A stretch of 63,964 bases of DNA, counting the filler, from Vicugna vicugna (taxonomy: Eukaryota): NCBI GenBank assembly GCA_013265495.1. It is 85 parts of 82 records of this genome, joined end to end, with 100 filler letters (N's around TTAATTAATTAA, not from the genome) between each part and the next. Parts side by side here need not be neighbours in the genome. Positions count along the whole stretch, not along the records: positions 1 to 890 come from PNXW01008121.1; positions 991 to 1,386 come from MU059195.1; positions 1,487 to 1,965 come from MU059196.1; positions 2,066 to 2,472 come from MU059197.1; positions 2,573 to 3,241 come from MU059197.1; positions 3,342 to 4,148 come from PNXW01008142.1; positions 4,249 to 4,868 come from PNXW01008143.1; positions 4,969 to 5,509 come from PNXW01008156.1; 77 more parts are not named here. One strand, given 5' to 3'. A model generated the notes under the pieces. It did no database searches, was not told the DNA's origin, and saw only the letters and a list, made by a program, of their open reading frames with translations. Shown piece by piece: positions 1 through 11,989 of the stretch; position 1 is the first letter of the stretch, and each line of letters opens with the position of its first letter. The translations under genes and the position numbers were made by a program.

Positions 1-890
1 GTTACATATGCACTTTGAATTATTTACTTTGACTTCGTAGCATCTCTATCACCAGTTTCAAGAATCACACTTTGACCCCAGGAAAAACCTCTTGAGCGAA
101 TTCTACCCAAGAGATATGTAATTTGAATAGATTACATCAACATGATATTCATTGTTCCATACATGCTACAGGCATGATGGATTCGACAAACATGCATTCC
201 TGAGTTGAGAGCATGTGGATTACTGATCTTTCATTCTCTATAATTGGAATGTTTTCATCTAGACACGTGTACTCATTTTCACAAGCTTTCCCTAACACCA
301 GTTTCGAATTCTTGCTTTTTTCACAGAAAAAAAACACTTCTAGAGCGATTTCCACCTAACAGATATGTAATTTACATGAATTCCATCAACATGGAATTCC
401 AGGTTCCGTACATGCTATATGCATGATGGATTCATCAAACATGCGTTTCTGACTTGTGAGCATGTGGAATAGTGATTTTTCATCCACCAACAAGGCATAT
501 AAACACTTAGTAATAATTACTTTGACATCATAGTTTTTTCTATCAGCAGGTCTTAAAATAGGACATTAGGCACCAGAAAAACTCTTTGAGTGAATTCTCA
601 ACAATACACATGTAATTTACATTGTTTAAGTAACCTTGGCATTCCGTATTCTGAAAATGTTTCATGCATCACGGATTCAATGCATCAAGGATTCTTCAAA
701 CATGCATTTCTGAGTTGTGAACATGCGAATGACTCATATTTCAAACACCAAACAAGTTACCTATGCACTTTGAAATATATACTTGGACTTCGTACCTTCT
801 TTCTATCACCAGAATCAAGAAACAAAGTTTAATCTCAGAAAAACCCTCTTGGTACAAATTCTATCCTAGAGATATATAATTTAAATAGCT
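1..890 (-). repeat. SatA satellite (~734-bp HOR of ~245-bp monomers)
   Basis: Reverse complement of 28828-29806; GTTAC.TATGCACTTTGAA recurs at 1 and 756, with a ~16-bp local duplication near 664-694. Confidence 0.9.
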
Positions 891-990
891 NNNNNNNNNN
901 NNNNNNNNNNNNNNNNNNNNNNNNNNNNNNNNNNTTAATTAATTAANNNNNNNNNNNNNNNNNNNNNNNNNNNNNNNNNNNNNNNNNNNN
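891..990. other. Artificial scaffold linker (44 N + TTAATTAATTAA + 44 N), first of ~84 copies
   Basis: Identical 100-bp spacer between all pieces; the palindromic core gives six-frame stops and the 'LIN' ORF ends. Confidence 0.98.
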
Positions 991-1486
991 TTTCATTTGG
1001 TACATGCTAATACTAGGCCAATTAGCTGGTAAACCGCTGGCAAGTTTGATGACATGCTGCAAGGTAGGGCGTTGCCAAATTAGGAAACTCAGGTATTGTA
1101 CGCCATTGCTCATTGATTCTTGGAGTTTTCATCTCTGTTTCAAAAGAACTTGGCAATCTTGTGGTTTGGTTTAGAGAACTGTTTATAATATTCCTGGTGC
1201 TATACCATGGCATTGATCACCTTCTCATGATTTAGGGGAGAGAGCAGAGTCAATGCCCATGTGTTCTCCATCTGCAGACCCATTCTTTTACCTGCTCTTG
1301 TATCCATTATAATGACATTTGGTTCCACTATCCTATTTAACTCCGAACTCTTCCAGAAGAAATAGAAAAATATGAAAATAAAATGANNNNNNNNNNNNNN
1401 NNNNNNNNNNNNNNNNNNNNNNNNNNNNNNTTAATTAATTAANNNNNNNNNNNNNNNNNNNNNNNNNNNNNNNNNNNNNNNNNNNN

Positions 1487-1965
1487 CTTTGGGATTCTAT
1501 TAGAACCCAGGCGCTGCTGTCAGTTGGAGGATTCTCCCCATACACAGGATACCTGAACAAGTCTTTATGTGTGTGATGGTTTTGGGGATACATAGTCCAC
1601 GCAACTTTATGGGGGCACAGGTGTTCCCAGGGAGGGAATGTACTTTAAACACCTCCACTGCCCATAGAGAGGCACTCGNNNNNNNNNNNNNNNNNNNNNN
1701 NNNNNNNNNNNNNNNNNNNNNNNNNNNNNNNNNNNNNNNNNNNNNNNNNNNNNNNNNNNNNNCAGATGCTGCTGTCAGTTGGAGGTGCCTCCTCACACTC
1801 AGGATACCAGAACACTTCTTCATGTGTGTGCTGGAGGTGGGGAAACAGAGTCCACGCATTTTTCAAGGAGCACAGGTGTTCCCAGGTTGTGGGTTTCTGG
1901 TTAATAACCTCCAAATCCCTTGAAGAAGCACTCGCTAATACTTGGATTTAGAGCCCAACCCCCAC
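1487..1965 (+). repeat. SatC satellite (~266-bp monomer)
   Basis: GCTGCTGTCAGTTGGAGG and CACAGGTGTTCCCAGG motifs repeated; shared with 20528-21098 and 60840-61963. Confidence 0.88.
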
Positions 1966-2065
1966 NNNNNNNNNNNNNNNNNNNNNNNNNNNNNNNNNNN
2001 NNNNNNNNNTTAATTAATTAANNNNNNNNNNNNNNNNNNNNNNNNNNNNNNNNNNNNNNNNNNNN

Positions 2066-2472
2066 GGTTATAACGGAATGCCTAAGCTCGTCTTCCCTGA
2101 GTGTTTTCCTTATATCTCTGTCTCAGGGGATGCTAGGGGTGATTGCAGGATATCCCAGTGTCAGAGGCTGCCTCCCCAAGTTCAGGGAAGTTATTTCTCG
2201 GGCTTCCCCGAACAGGGAACACCTGTGAATGANNNNNNNNNNNNNNNNNNNNNNNNNNNNNNNNNNNNNNNNNNNNNNNNNNNNNNNNNNNNNNNNNNNN
2301 NNNNNNNNNNNNNNNNNNNNNNNNNNNNNNNNNNNNNNNNNNNNATTCTAGGGGGCAGGATATCCCAGTGTCAGAGGCTGCCTCCCCAAGGTAAGTGAAG
2401 GTATTTCTCTGATTTCCCCGGACAGAGAACACCTGTGAATGAAGAGAGCTGCGTGGATTTGTCTTGTCTCTC
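2066..2472 (-). repeat. SatB satellite (~267-bp monomer)
   Basis: GCAGGATATCCCAGTGTCAGAGGCTGCCTCCCCAAG motif repeated. Confidence 0.92.
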
Positions 2473-2572
2473 NNNNNNNNNNNNNNNNNNNNNNNNNNNN
2501 NNNNNNNNNNNNNNNNTTAATTAATTAANNNNNNNNNNNNNNNNNNNNNNNNNNNNNNNNNNNNNNNNNNNN

Positions 2573-3241
2573 AGGGAATGCTAGGTGTGATTGCAGGATA
2601 TCCCAGTGTCAGAGGCTGCCTCCACAAGGTCAGGGAAGGTATTTCTCGGACTTCCCCGAACAGGGAACACCTGTGACTGAAGAGAGCACGGTGGAGTTGT
2701 CTCTCGAGTTCCCCCACGCACTGACAATGGTTCCGGAATCCTGAGCGAGGGGAGGTTCCACCAACTGTCTACAGCGCATGAGTTCTAACGAAATGCCTAA
2801 GCAAGTTCCCCTGAGGGTTTTCCTTATGTCTATGTGCCAGGGTATTCTAGGGGTGATTGCAGGATATCCCAGTGCCAGAGGCTGCCTCCCCAAGGTCATG
2901 GAAAGTATTTCACGGAATTCCCCGAATTGAGAACACCTGTGACTGAAGAGAGCTGCGTGGAGTTGTCTCTCGAGCTCCCCCACGCACTGACAATGGTTCC
3001 GGAATCCTGAGCGTGGGGAGGTTCCACCAACGGTCGGCAGCGCGTGGGTTCTAATGGAATGCCTAAGCTCGTCTCCCCTGAGGGTTTTCCTAATTTCTCT
3101 GTGCCAGGGAATGCTAGGGGTGATTGCAGGTTATCCCAGTGTCAGAAGCTGCCTCCTCAAGTTCAGGGAATATATTTCACGGGCTTACCCGGAAGCGGAA
3201 CACCTGTGACTGTAGAGAGCTGCCTGGAGTTGTCTCTCGAG
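2573..3241 (-). repeat. SatB satellite, ~2.5 monomers
   Basis: Tandem copies of GAACACCTGTGACTGAAGAGAG and GGAGTTGTCTCTCGAG about 267 bp apart. Confidence 0.95.
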
Positions 3242-3341
3242 NNNNNNNNNNNNNNNNNNNNNNNNNNNNNNNNNNNNNNNNNNNNTTAATTAATTAANNN
3301 NNNNNNNNNNNNNNNNNNNNNNNNNNNNNNNNNNNNNNNNN

Positions 3342-4148
3342 ACAGAATATAGAATATGGGAAACAGAATCAAAAACCCAAAATTGAGAACATGGAATGAA
3401 GAACACATAATTTAGAATATAGAAAACAGAATACTGAATATAGAATTAACAATAAACAATGTATAACACAGAATATAGACTATAGAAAACGGAATGTAGA
3501 ATATATAAAACAGAATATAGAATAGAGAATCGAGAATATAGAACACAGTATTTAGAACATGGAATGCAGAACTGGAATTTAGAATATAGAATACAGAATA
3601 CTGAATATAGAATTAACAATAAACAATGTATAACACAGAATATAGACTATAGAAAACGGAATGTAGAATATATAAAACAGAATATAGAATAGAGAATAGA
3701 GAATATAGAACACAGTATTTAGAACATGGAATGCAGAACTGGAATTTAGAATATAGAATACAGAACACTTAATATAGAATTTAGAATATAGAATGTAGAA
3801 CACAGAATATAGAATATGGCATGCAGAATATACAATATATTATATAGAATGCAGAACACAGAATTTAGAATATAGAATGCAGAATACTGTATATAGAATT
3901 TAGAATAGAGATTGAATAACACAGAATATAGAATATAGACAAAGGAATGGAGAATATAGATAGGATATAGAATATAGAATGAAGAACACAAAATATACAA
4001 TATAGAATAGAGAATATAGAAACCAGAATTTAGAAATGGAATGCAGAACAAATAATTTAGAATATATAATACAGAATACTGAATAAAGAATTTAGAATTT
4101 AGGATGTAGAACACAGAATATAGAATATGGAATACAGAATACAAAACC
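3342..4148 (+). repeat. SatD simple satellite based on (AGAATAT)n
   Basis: Degenerate 7-mers; a 167-bp block is duplicated (AATTAACAAT at 3444 and 3611). Confidence 0.95.
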
Positions 4149-4740
4149 NNNNNNNNNNNNNNNNNNNNNNNNNNNNNNNNNNNNNNNNNNNNTTAATTAA
4201 TTAANNNNNNNNNNNNNNNNNNNNNNNNNNNNNNNNNNNNNNNNNNNNGGGGCTCTGACATTTTACCTCCCGCTCCCTGCCAGCCCAACACTTAGGACAG
4301 TGGAGCTAAGGCAGAGATCGTACCTACCTGTTTCCCAGCGTGTAAAAGGGGAATATGTACACTTCCCAAGGTAGTTATGAGCGACACCTGCGGGTGCTTG
4401 GTTCCTGGAGAAACAGTAAACCCAGCTCCTTGTGGGGGCAACGAGTGTGATACCCGTAGGGGTTCTGCAGAGACCTTAGCTGGAGGGCTGGTCCAGGGAC
4501 GTAAAATATGAGCTGTGGGCATTGAGGGTTTAAGAAGGGTGCATAGGCAGGACTGCTGCCTCTTTTGCGGTGCCCCCAGAGGTAAAACGCTTTCTGCCCA
4601 TCTCTGCTACTCCCCTCCCAACTCCAGATACCTGCCTTCTCTCTGCACCTCCTGTCCATCTGTCTCCCTCCACTTTTCCCCTCCTCCCCTCCCCATCCCA
4701 TATCTTCCCTCCCTCGGTTCCCCACCTTCTCTCTCAGGAC

Positions 4741-4864
4741 CCAGAGCGGATCGCTGGCCCTCCCGCGCATGCGCAGTCGCTGCCAGCTGGACCGCGAGTT
4801 GGAAGCTCCAGCTCCAAGCCGGCGATCGGCCCCAAAGGCTTCTCAGCTCTGTCGCCCGGTAGGC
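4741..4864 (+). promoter_or_regulatory. CpG-rich promoter/first-exon candidate with NRF1 site
   Basis: CGCGCATGCGCA at 4764-4775 fits the NRF1 consensus YGCGCAYGCGCR; local CpG cluster; possible donor GTAGGC at 4859. Confidence 0.5.
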
Positions 4865-4968
4865 CTTTNNNNNNNNNNNNNNNNNNNNNNNNNNNNNNNN
4901 NNNNNNNNNNNNTTAATTAATTAANNNNNNNNNNNNNNNNNNNNNNNNNNNNNNNNNNNNNNNNNNNN

Positions 4969-5509
4969 TCCCAAGCTGAAAACAATAAAAGCAAAATAAT
5001 CAAATTGGTCTGACTTAAAATTAAAAGCTATACACAGCAAAATAAACAGAATGAAAACATGAAATTCCAAATGGGAGAAAACATTTGGAAAAAATGCAAT
5101 CAACAAGAGGCTAATTTCTAAAATACACACATCGTTTATAAAACTCCATTTCAAAACTCTACAAACAACCCAGCCAGAAAATGAGCAGAAGGCAATTCTC
5201 CAAAGAAGACACACAAATGACAAACAGGAACATAAAGTTATGCTCACATTGCTAATCATTATACAAAGGGAAGACAAAAATAAAATAATGTTTTACCTCA
5301 CACTAGTGAGAAGGGCTGTCATGCAAATGTCTACAAATAATAAAGACTAAGGTGGCTGTGGAGAAAAAGGGACTCTCCAACGCTGTTGGTGGGAATGAAT
5401 ATTGGTGCAACAACATTGGAAACTGTATGGAAGTTCTTTAATCTTTTAATAATAAAAATAGACATATCTTATGACACAGTAATCCCACTCCTGGGCATAT
5501 AAAACATAA
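4969..5509 (+). mobile_element. Degenerate LINE-1 ORF2 3' region
   Basis: TGTGGAGAAAAAGGGACTCT...GTTGGTGGGAATG and CCCACTCCTGGGCATATA, typical of the L1 C-terminal region. Confidence 0.88.
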
Positions 5510-5928
5510 NNNNNNNNNNNNNNNNNNNNNNNNNNNNNNNNNNNNNNNNNNNNTTAATTAATTAANNNNNNNNNNNNNNNNNNNNNNNNNNNNNNNNNNN
5601 NNNNNNNNNGTGAGTGGATGTTTCCATTGCTGTGTTCATGGGAGCGAGTGAGCATAGTTTGCACTGTTTCTCTGTCAACTGGGCTTCGATGAATCAACAC
5701 TTTCCAGATACATTTCACAGAAATGTGATTTTATTTATCTCTTTGTTTCTATAAAGCCGTGGTGGGAGGGATTGTGCGAAGACTCCTGTTTTGACATTGT
5801 GTTGATATCTCATTTGCAGTCTTTAAAAATTTAATAGAATTNNNNNNNNNNNNNNNNNNNNNNNNNNNNNNNNNNNNNNNNNNNNNNNNNNNNNNNNNNN
5901 NNNNNNNNNNNNNNNNNNNNNNNNNNNN

Positions 5929-6541
5929 TTGTCAGCTCTAAGGAAAACATAGACAGATAGAATGCAAACTAGCTGTCCGAACTGTTAAAGGGGTCATGTC
6001 AACTCTTTACTGTTGAAGCCTCCGAAACTAACACTAACCATGAAATAACTAATGGAAACATTAAATAACCCCCAAGCTTGAATTCACTTGTGCATGTGGT
6101 GCCCTTTACTCCCGATGACACCTACTGGTCAATGTTGGCATTTCAAGGTGTAACATCCCTCTCAAGGAAAATACAAGAGGAAACGAACTAAATATATACA
6201 TTTAGCTTTGAATCCAAAGAACCTAGAGGCATTATAGCTATGAGAACCCTGCTGCAGCTATGCTAGGCTACTGAGAACCAGGTGTTCTTCTATCAGTGAT
6301 GAGAACGCTTAATCATCCGATCATGTTGGCTTGGCTAAAGCAATGCAACCAAGTCTGCACCCCCATGATAGATTGCCCCCGGGGGCTTGACTCAATTGAA
6401 AGACGGTCCACATAAGCTGTGTCTTTCATGTCATTGGCGACTTTTACAGTTCCGTTCACTATTTGAGTTCTAATATTTACCTAGACTGTCTTGAATAACA
6501 GAGGCCTAATACAGATTCAAGTTCAGTCAAAGATTCCCCTC
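5929..6541 (-). repeat. Unidentified multicopy sequence, paralogue of 40972-41569
   Basis: Reverse complement aligns collinearly with 40972-41569 (e.g. TCTTTGACTGAACTTGAAT, CTGTAAAAGTCGCCAATGACAT). Confidence 0.85.
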
Positions 6542-6801
6542 NNNNNNNNNNNNNNNNNNNNNNNNNNNNNNNNNNNNNNNNNNNNTTAATTAATTAANNN
6601 NNNNNNNNNNNNNNNNNNNNNNNNNNNNNNNNNNNNNNNNNACAGAGCCAGGTGGGCCTCTTGTTCTGTGGTCCCATCCCTCTCCCAGCTGTCCTGGGTC
6701 CTTCCCTCCCTTGGTTACCTGGTTGTCTCTTGCCTTCCCTCTTCTACCTGGGGTCCATCCCTCCCTTGTCTCCCTGAGTGTCCCTCCCTCCTCTGGCTCA
6801 C

Positions 6802-6917
6802 CTCTTCAAGGGTGAGTCCTTCCTTCTGTTCCAACTGTTCAGCTAGGGCCAGGAGGTCCAGCTGTGTTTCTGTGGAAAGCAGTTCTGCCTGGAATCGAGG
6901 GTGAATGACTGCCTCTC
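6802..6917 (-). CDS. Next exon of NUT-family (NUTM2-like) gene or pseudogene
   Basis: Encodes EAVIHPRFQAELLSTETQLDLLALAEQLEQKEGLTLEE, matching NUT VEAVIHP.FL.ELLS...LAL..ELEQEEGLTL; pyrimidine tract + AG acceptor and GTGAGC donor. Confidence 0.82.
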
Positions 6918-7202
6918 CTTAAGAAGGAAGGAAGAGGCCTGGAGTAACTTTTGAGTCATGAATACCTAGAGGGAAAGTGAAAAACACACCCACACCATTG
7001 TCCTCCACAAGGTAGCTTGTTTTAAACCACCGAGGCAGTCATGTAGACAGAGAGAGAGAGAGAGAGCAAGAAAGCAAGCGAGAGCACTCAGGGATAAGGA
7101 TCAGAACTTAAGTCCCAAAGGCCCGGGCAGAACCCCAGTCCTAGGTGGTAAGAGTGCCAGTCCCTGGAATCTTGCAGCCCCCAGGCTCCAGGCCCAGCCC
7201 AC

Positions 7203-7383
7203 CTTGGTGATGCAGGCTTCCTGGGAGTACAGCTTGTCAGTGTAGCTCAGGAGATCCGGGTCCATGTAGGTCCCGTTCTCTTCCTGCTTCAGTTCATTTC
7301 TGTCCTCTTGGAATTCGGCATCTAGCTCCCCAGTGGCTGAGGAGACAGGCCCCACCCAGGGACACTGGGATCTGTGTAGCTTC
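7203..7383 (-). CDS. Exon of NUT-family (NUTM2-like) gene or pseudogene
   Basis: Encodes ...ATGELDAEFQEDRNELKQEENGTYMDPDLLSYTDKLYSQEACITK, matching the NUT motif DPGLLSYIDKLCSQEDFVTK; donor GTGGGC at 7202; 5' boundary uncertain. Confidence 0.78.
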
Positions 7384-7654
7384 CTGGGCACACACAATGG
7401 GGGAAAGCGGGAGGAGAAATAAAGGTGAGGGGCTCCTGTGTCCAGCTTCTGACCACGCAGCGCACATGCTGGTTCAGACAGTGAACAACATGGACGTGGG
7501 TGTGATTCAAGTCAAGGCCAACTGTATCTTCACCCACAGTGATAGGGAATGAGGNNNNNNNNNNNNNNNNNNNNNNNNNNNNNNNNNNNNNNNNNNNNTT
7601 AATTAATTAANNNNNNNNNNNNNNNNNNNNNNNNNNNNNNNNNNNNNNNNNNNN

Positions 7655-8184
7655 CACATGAAGAAGAGTTCTGATATTCTCTGTGTTGGGTGACTCCTCC
7701 AAGTGACAGCAGAACCTGGGATCTAGTGGAATCCCTTTGCTTGAATTCCTTGAGTGTTTTCCATGCCGGGCTGTGAGCGAAGTTGTGGGTTGAGCTCTAA
7801 ATCCAAGTATTAGCGACTGCCTCTCTATGGGCAATGAGGTGTTTAAACAACATCCCAATCCTGGAAACAACTGTGACCCAAAAAATATGCGTGGACTCTG
7901 TTTCTCCACCTCCAGGACACACACGAAGACGTGTTCAGGTATCCTGAGTGAGGGGAGGCTCCTCCATCTGACAGCAGCCCCTGGGTCCTAATAAAATCCC
8001 TTAGCTTGTATTCCCTGAGTGATTCCCTAACCCGGGCTGCGTGGGAAAGCTGGGGCTTTGGTTTAGGGAGTCGAGTAGATGCGAGTGCCCCCCGATGGAC
8101 TGAGGAACTATTTAACCTAACAGGGAAAAACTCTTCCCACATTCATCTGCGTGGATTTGGGCTCCACAACTCCCCCACACTGAA
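7655..8184 (-). repeat. SatC satellite
   Basis: Two diverged monomers (CTCCTCCA..TGACAGCAG..CCTGGG). Confidence 0.85.
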
Positions 8185-8284
8185 NNNNNNNNNNNNNNNN
8201 NNNNNNNNNNNNNNNNNNNNNNNNNNNNTTAATTAATTAANNNNNNNNNNNNNNNNNNNNNNNNNNNNNNNNNNNNNNNNNNNN

Positions 8285-8385
8285 TTTACCATAAATGGGT
8301 GTTGAATTTTATCAAATGCTTTTTCTGCAATGATTGAGATGATCATGTGGTTTTTTGTCCTTTCTCTTGTTGCTGTGATGGATTT
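8285..8385 (-). mobile_element. Short LINE-1 ORF2 fragment
   Basis: AAATGGGTGTTGAATTTTATCAAATGCTTTTTCTGC...GAGATGATCATGTGG is antisense L1 RT region. Confidence 0.75.
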
Positions 8386-9738
8386 TTATTTTAATAAATA
8401 AATAATGATCCAGTTCCTACCACAGGCAATTATGATAAGACTGAGTATAAGTTCTAAAAACAAAGAGTGTACAAATCATAATTTCTACTTGATTGAAACT
8501 GCTTGTTCTATAAAATTTGAATCTTTTTATTCTTAAGACAGATTTGTGGCATATGACCTAGTGAGAAAATTTTCAACTGGCTTGTATTAAAATAGTTCAC
8601 CATAGTGAGAGTTTATTACATCAACTATTCATTTTTGGGAAACCCATGTGCCTTGTCACTCTCTTTCATAAGATTTCCTGTGGAAAATTCAATCCTTCAT
8701 TCAGGAAATGGCTGAGCAATATATCTCGTGGAAAACCATCATAAACTGCAACACAAGAAAATGAAAATGACAACGAGCAGCCCGAGAAGCTGGCAGACAC
8801 ACACAGTGCACTGCTGTGTTCCCGCCTCGACTTTCTGTAACCAGCAGGGAAAATTTGCATTTAAAGAAATAGACATAAACACTTTTCAGGACCTGAGCAC
8901 ACAATTTTCATTTCAGGGTTTAATGGGCTTTCATTTAATTCTATGAGAAATGTATAAAACAACAGAACAACAGCTGAGATAGGGTTTAAAGTAACTTTTA
9001 TGTCTTAGTGAAAATAAAGCCAACTGATAGTTATCATTTTTAATAGTGAAAGTAAAGTCAACTGATAGTTATCATTTTTACTTTATTTGATTTAACTCTC
9101 TTACTTTACNNNNNNNNNNNNNNNNNNNNNNNNNNNNNNNNNNNNNNNNNNNNTTAATTAATTAANNNNNNNNNNNNNNNNNNNNNNNNNNNNNNNNNNN
9201 NNNNNNNNNACTCTCTGTTTGAAGCGAAAGGAAAGATGCATAGCCTGACGTGTTGCAAATCTAGCGTGAAGCAGACCAACAAAGAATCAAACCAACCCAC
9301 AAGCACCAAAAGGGAACGGAAGGCTGAAATTTATCAAGGGAACCATGATTATTCAAAAGAAAATACCCAAGGTGATGTCAAGGATCATTCAGCACCCATC
9401 GAATTAGTATCGCGGCTTGCATGTACTCAGCGCACTTGTATTCGGAAATCAGAGGCGTGCAATTCATATTCGTAAATATTGATTCATAAGAGCATATCGT
9501 GACCTAACCCAAATGCCGATTTGGAATCAAATGCATTCCTAGCCCGTGATGTAAATTTGTATGTCTTCTATCAGGATGAAGGAATGCCGTATAATACGCT
9601 ACGTAGGGAAGAAATGAAAGAAGCCTATAACAAACGCANNNNNNNNNNNNNNNNNNNNNNNNNNNNNNNNNNNNNNNNNNNNTTAATTAATTAANNNNNN
9701 NNNNNNNNNNNNNNNNNNNNNNNNNNNNNNNNNNNNNN

Positions 9739-10218
9739 ATATCGTTTTTGTCTTCTCTTTTGTTGATATGGTGTATCACAGTTGATTGATTGATTTGCTT
9801 ATGTTCAACCATCCATGTGTTCCTGGGATGAACCTAACTTGTCCATGGTTCATGATCTTTTTTTTACATGCTTTTGGATTCTGTTTGTTAATAATTTCTC
9901 AAGGACTTTTACTTCTATGTTTATCAAAGATATTGGCCAATAGTTTTCTTTTTGAGGTAGTGTCTTTGTCTGGTTTTGGTATCAGATTGATGTTGGCCTT
10001 ATGGTGAGTGTTTGGGAGTACTCTCTCCATATCAATCTTTTTGAAGAGTTTGAGGAGGACTGGTATGGGTATTTCTTAGTATGTTTGGTCAAATTCCCCA
10101 GTGAAGATATTTGGGTTTGAATTTTTTTTGCAGAGATTTTTTATTTAATTGATACATTTCAGGTGATCTGTCAGTTCAAATGGCTAACTTCTTCTTGATG
10201 CAATATTGGTGGGCTGAA
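9739..10218 (-). mobile_element. Degenerate LINE-1 ORF2 fragment
   Basis: Antisense L1 (TTGTCTGGTTTTGGTATCAG); shares derived bases with 25534-26016. Confidence 0.88.
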
Positions 10219-10669
10219 NNNNNNNNNNNNNNNNNNNNNNNNNNNNNNNNNNNNNNNNNNNNTTAATTAATTAANNNNNNNNNNNNNNNNNNNNNNNNNN
10301 NNNNNNNNNNNNNNNNNNCCTACCATCCTCATCTACTCACTGACATGAGTGTCAGCTAACTAGAAGCTCCGCCAAACCTTGGGCCCTTCAAAGCTCAGAC
10401 CACGGGAGATCCTTGAGTCCCTTCTCCTGGTCCTTCTTTGTGAGAATCCAGTGCCTTCTGAGGTGACCGGCAGCAGGAGATGCCTATCCCTCCAGGGAAC
10501 TCCCATCGGAGGACTGTGACTCAGTGCACCTTGCTGTGAGCTTAACGGTTTCCATCCGTGCTCCCTGCAGAACCAGACTTGAGACTGGCTTAGCGACAGA
10601 AATGACAAGACTGATTCCAGGGCAGGGCCAGGTGGAGGGAACAGTGGAAATTGAATGTGACCTCAAAAA

Positions 10670-10950
10670 CCTAGGTGGGTGATGGGGCTGTTACTAAAAT
10701 GGGGAGCCTGGGAGGTACCTGCCAGGAATCGAAGTCTAGAGTAAATGGTGGTCATAAGGCTTTTTTTTTTTTTTGACATAAGGCATTTTTAAGATGCCAT
10801 TTGTCATCCAAGTTAGGACTTCCAAGAGGCACTCGGGTCTATGAGCCTGGGGCTCAGGTGAAGGAGCCGGACTAGAGATACACGTTAGGATTCGTCATTC
10901 TTAGCTGGTGTTCACAGCCGTGCAAGTGGATCAGCTCATCTCAAGAGGTG
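10670..10950. mobile_element. L2 (LINE-2) fragment
   Basis: GAGCCTGGGGCTCAGGTGAAGGAGCCGGACTAGAGATAC resembles L2 sequence. Confidence 0.55.
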
Positions 10951-11390
10951 CAGACTTTGGCTGGTGGGGGCAGGGCAAGTTTGGAGGAAAGCCCAGACCA
11001 TGCAGCTTTGGTGTGTCAATCAGAGGCATTTGTGATTTTCAAAGCAATGGCATTTATCCTTAAGGTTCTGGGGGGTGGGCAGGGCCANNNNNNNNNNNNN
11101 NNNNNNNNNNNNNNNNNNNNNNNNNNNNNNNTTAATTAATTAANNNNNNNNNNNNNNNNNNNNNNNNNNNNNNNNNNNNNNNNNNNNAGCTAATACTTCT
11201 CCAGCACCTGTGATATGCTGGTGTTTCCTTTGTGAACAGAACCAATTCCCTGTCCTCATGAAGGTGATGTTCTAGTGGACATAAGAAATGATAAATGCAG
11301 AAGCAGATCCAGGTCAGGACACATGAATGCTGTCTACTTTGGAGTACACAAGGTGAGATCCTTTGGGAAGGAATGTATGATACAGGATAA

Positions 11391-11989
11391 TGTGGGGGAG
11401 AGTATAGCTCTATCCCAGGTCTTATTTGGGCCCCTGAGATGCACCTCGTGAAGTGTGAGTCCTTGGTTTGCACAGGAACGAATTCAAGAGAGAGCCACAG
11501 TTCAGTAAATATAGATTAATTCAGAGAGATATATACTCCACATACAGAGTGGGCTGTTTAAGAAGGCAAGAGAAAGGCCATGAGGCGTGGGGTTTGGGTG
11601 CTCCAGTTTAAAGTAAAAGTAGATACACACTCCACAGACATAGTGTGGGCTGTCTCCCTCAGCAGAGAGAGCAGCCATGAGGTGTGGGGTTGTTAGTTTT
11701 TATGCACTCAGTATCTTCATATGCTAATAAGTGGGAGGAATATTCCAACTGCTGTGGGGAAGGTATTGGGATTCCCAGAAATTGGGCCACCACTCACCCT
11801 TTGACCTTTTATGGTCAGCCTTGAACCTGTCCTGGCACCTGTGGGAGTGCCATTTACCATCCTGCTGTATTTCGGACATTGTGTATTGAAGCTCAATATC
11901 TACTGGGAATTGACTTTTCCATCGTCTTGGTGCTAATGGCTGTGCCATTCTTTTAATGGCTTTGCGCTGCCCCCTTCCCTCCTGTCTCA
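11391..11989 (-). mobile_element. ERV LTR (probable solo LTR)
   Basis: TG...CA bounded ~600 bp, internal short duplications (CATGAGG.GTGGGGT), LTR-like ends; no clear TSD. Confidence 0.6.

Noticed and set aside
1292..1349. 58-nt minus-strand exon (SSELNRIVEPNVIIMDTRA)
   Set aside because: Weak acceptor and no recognisable homology.
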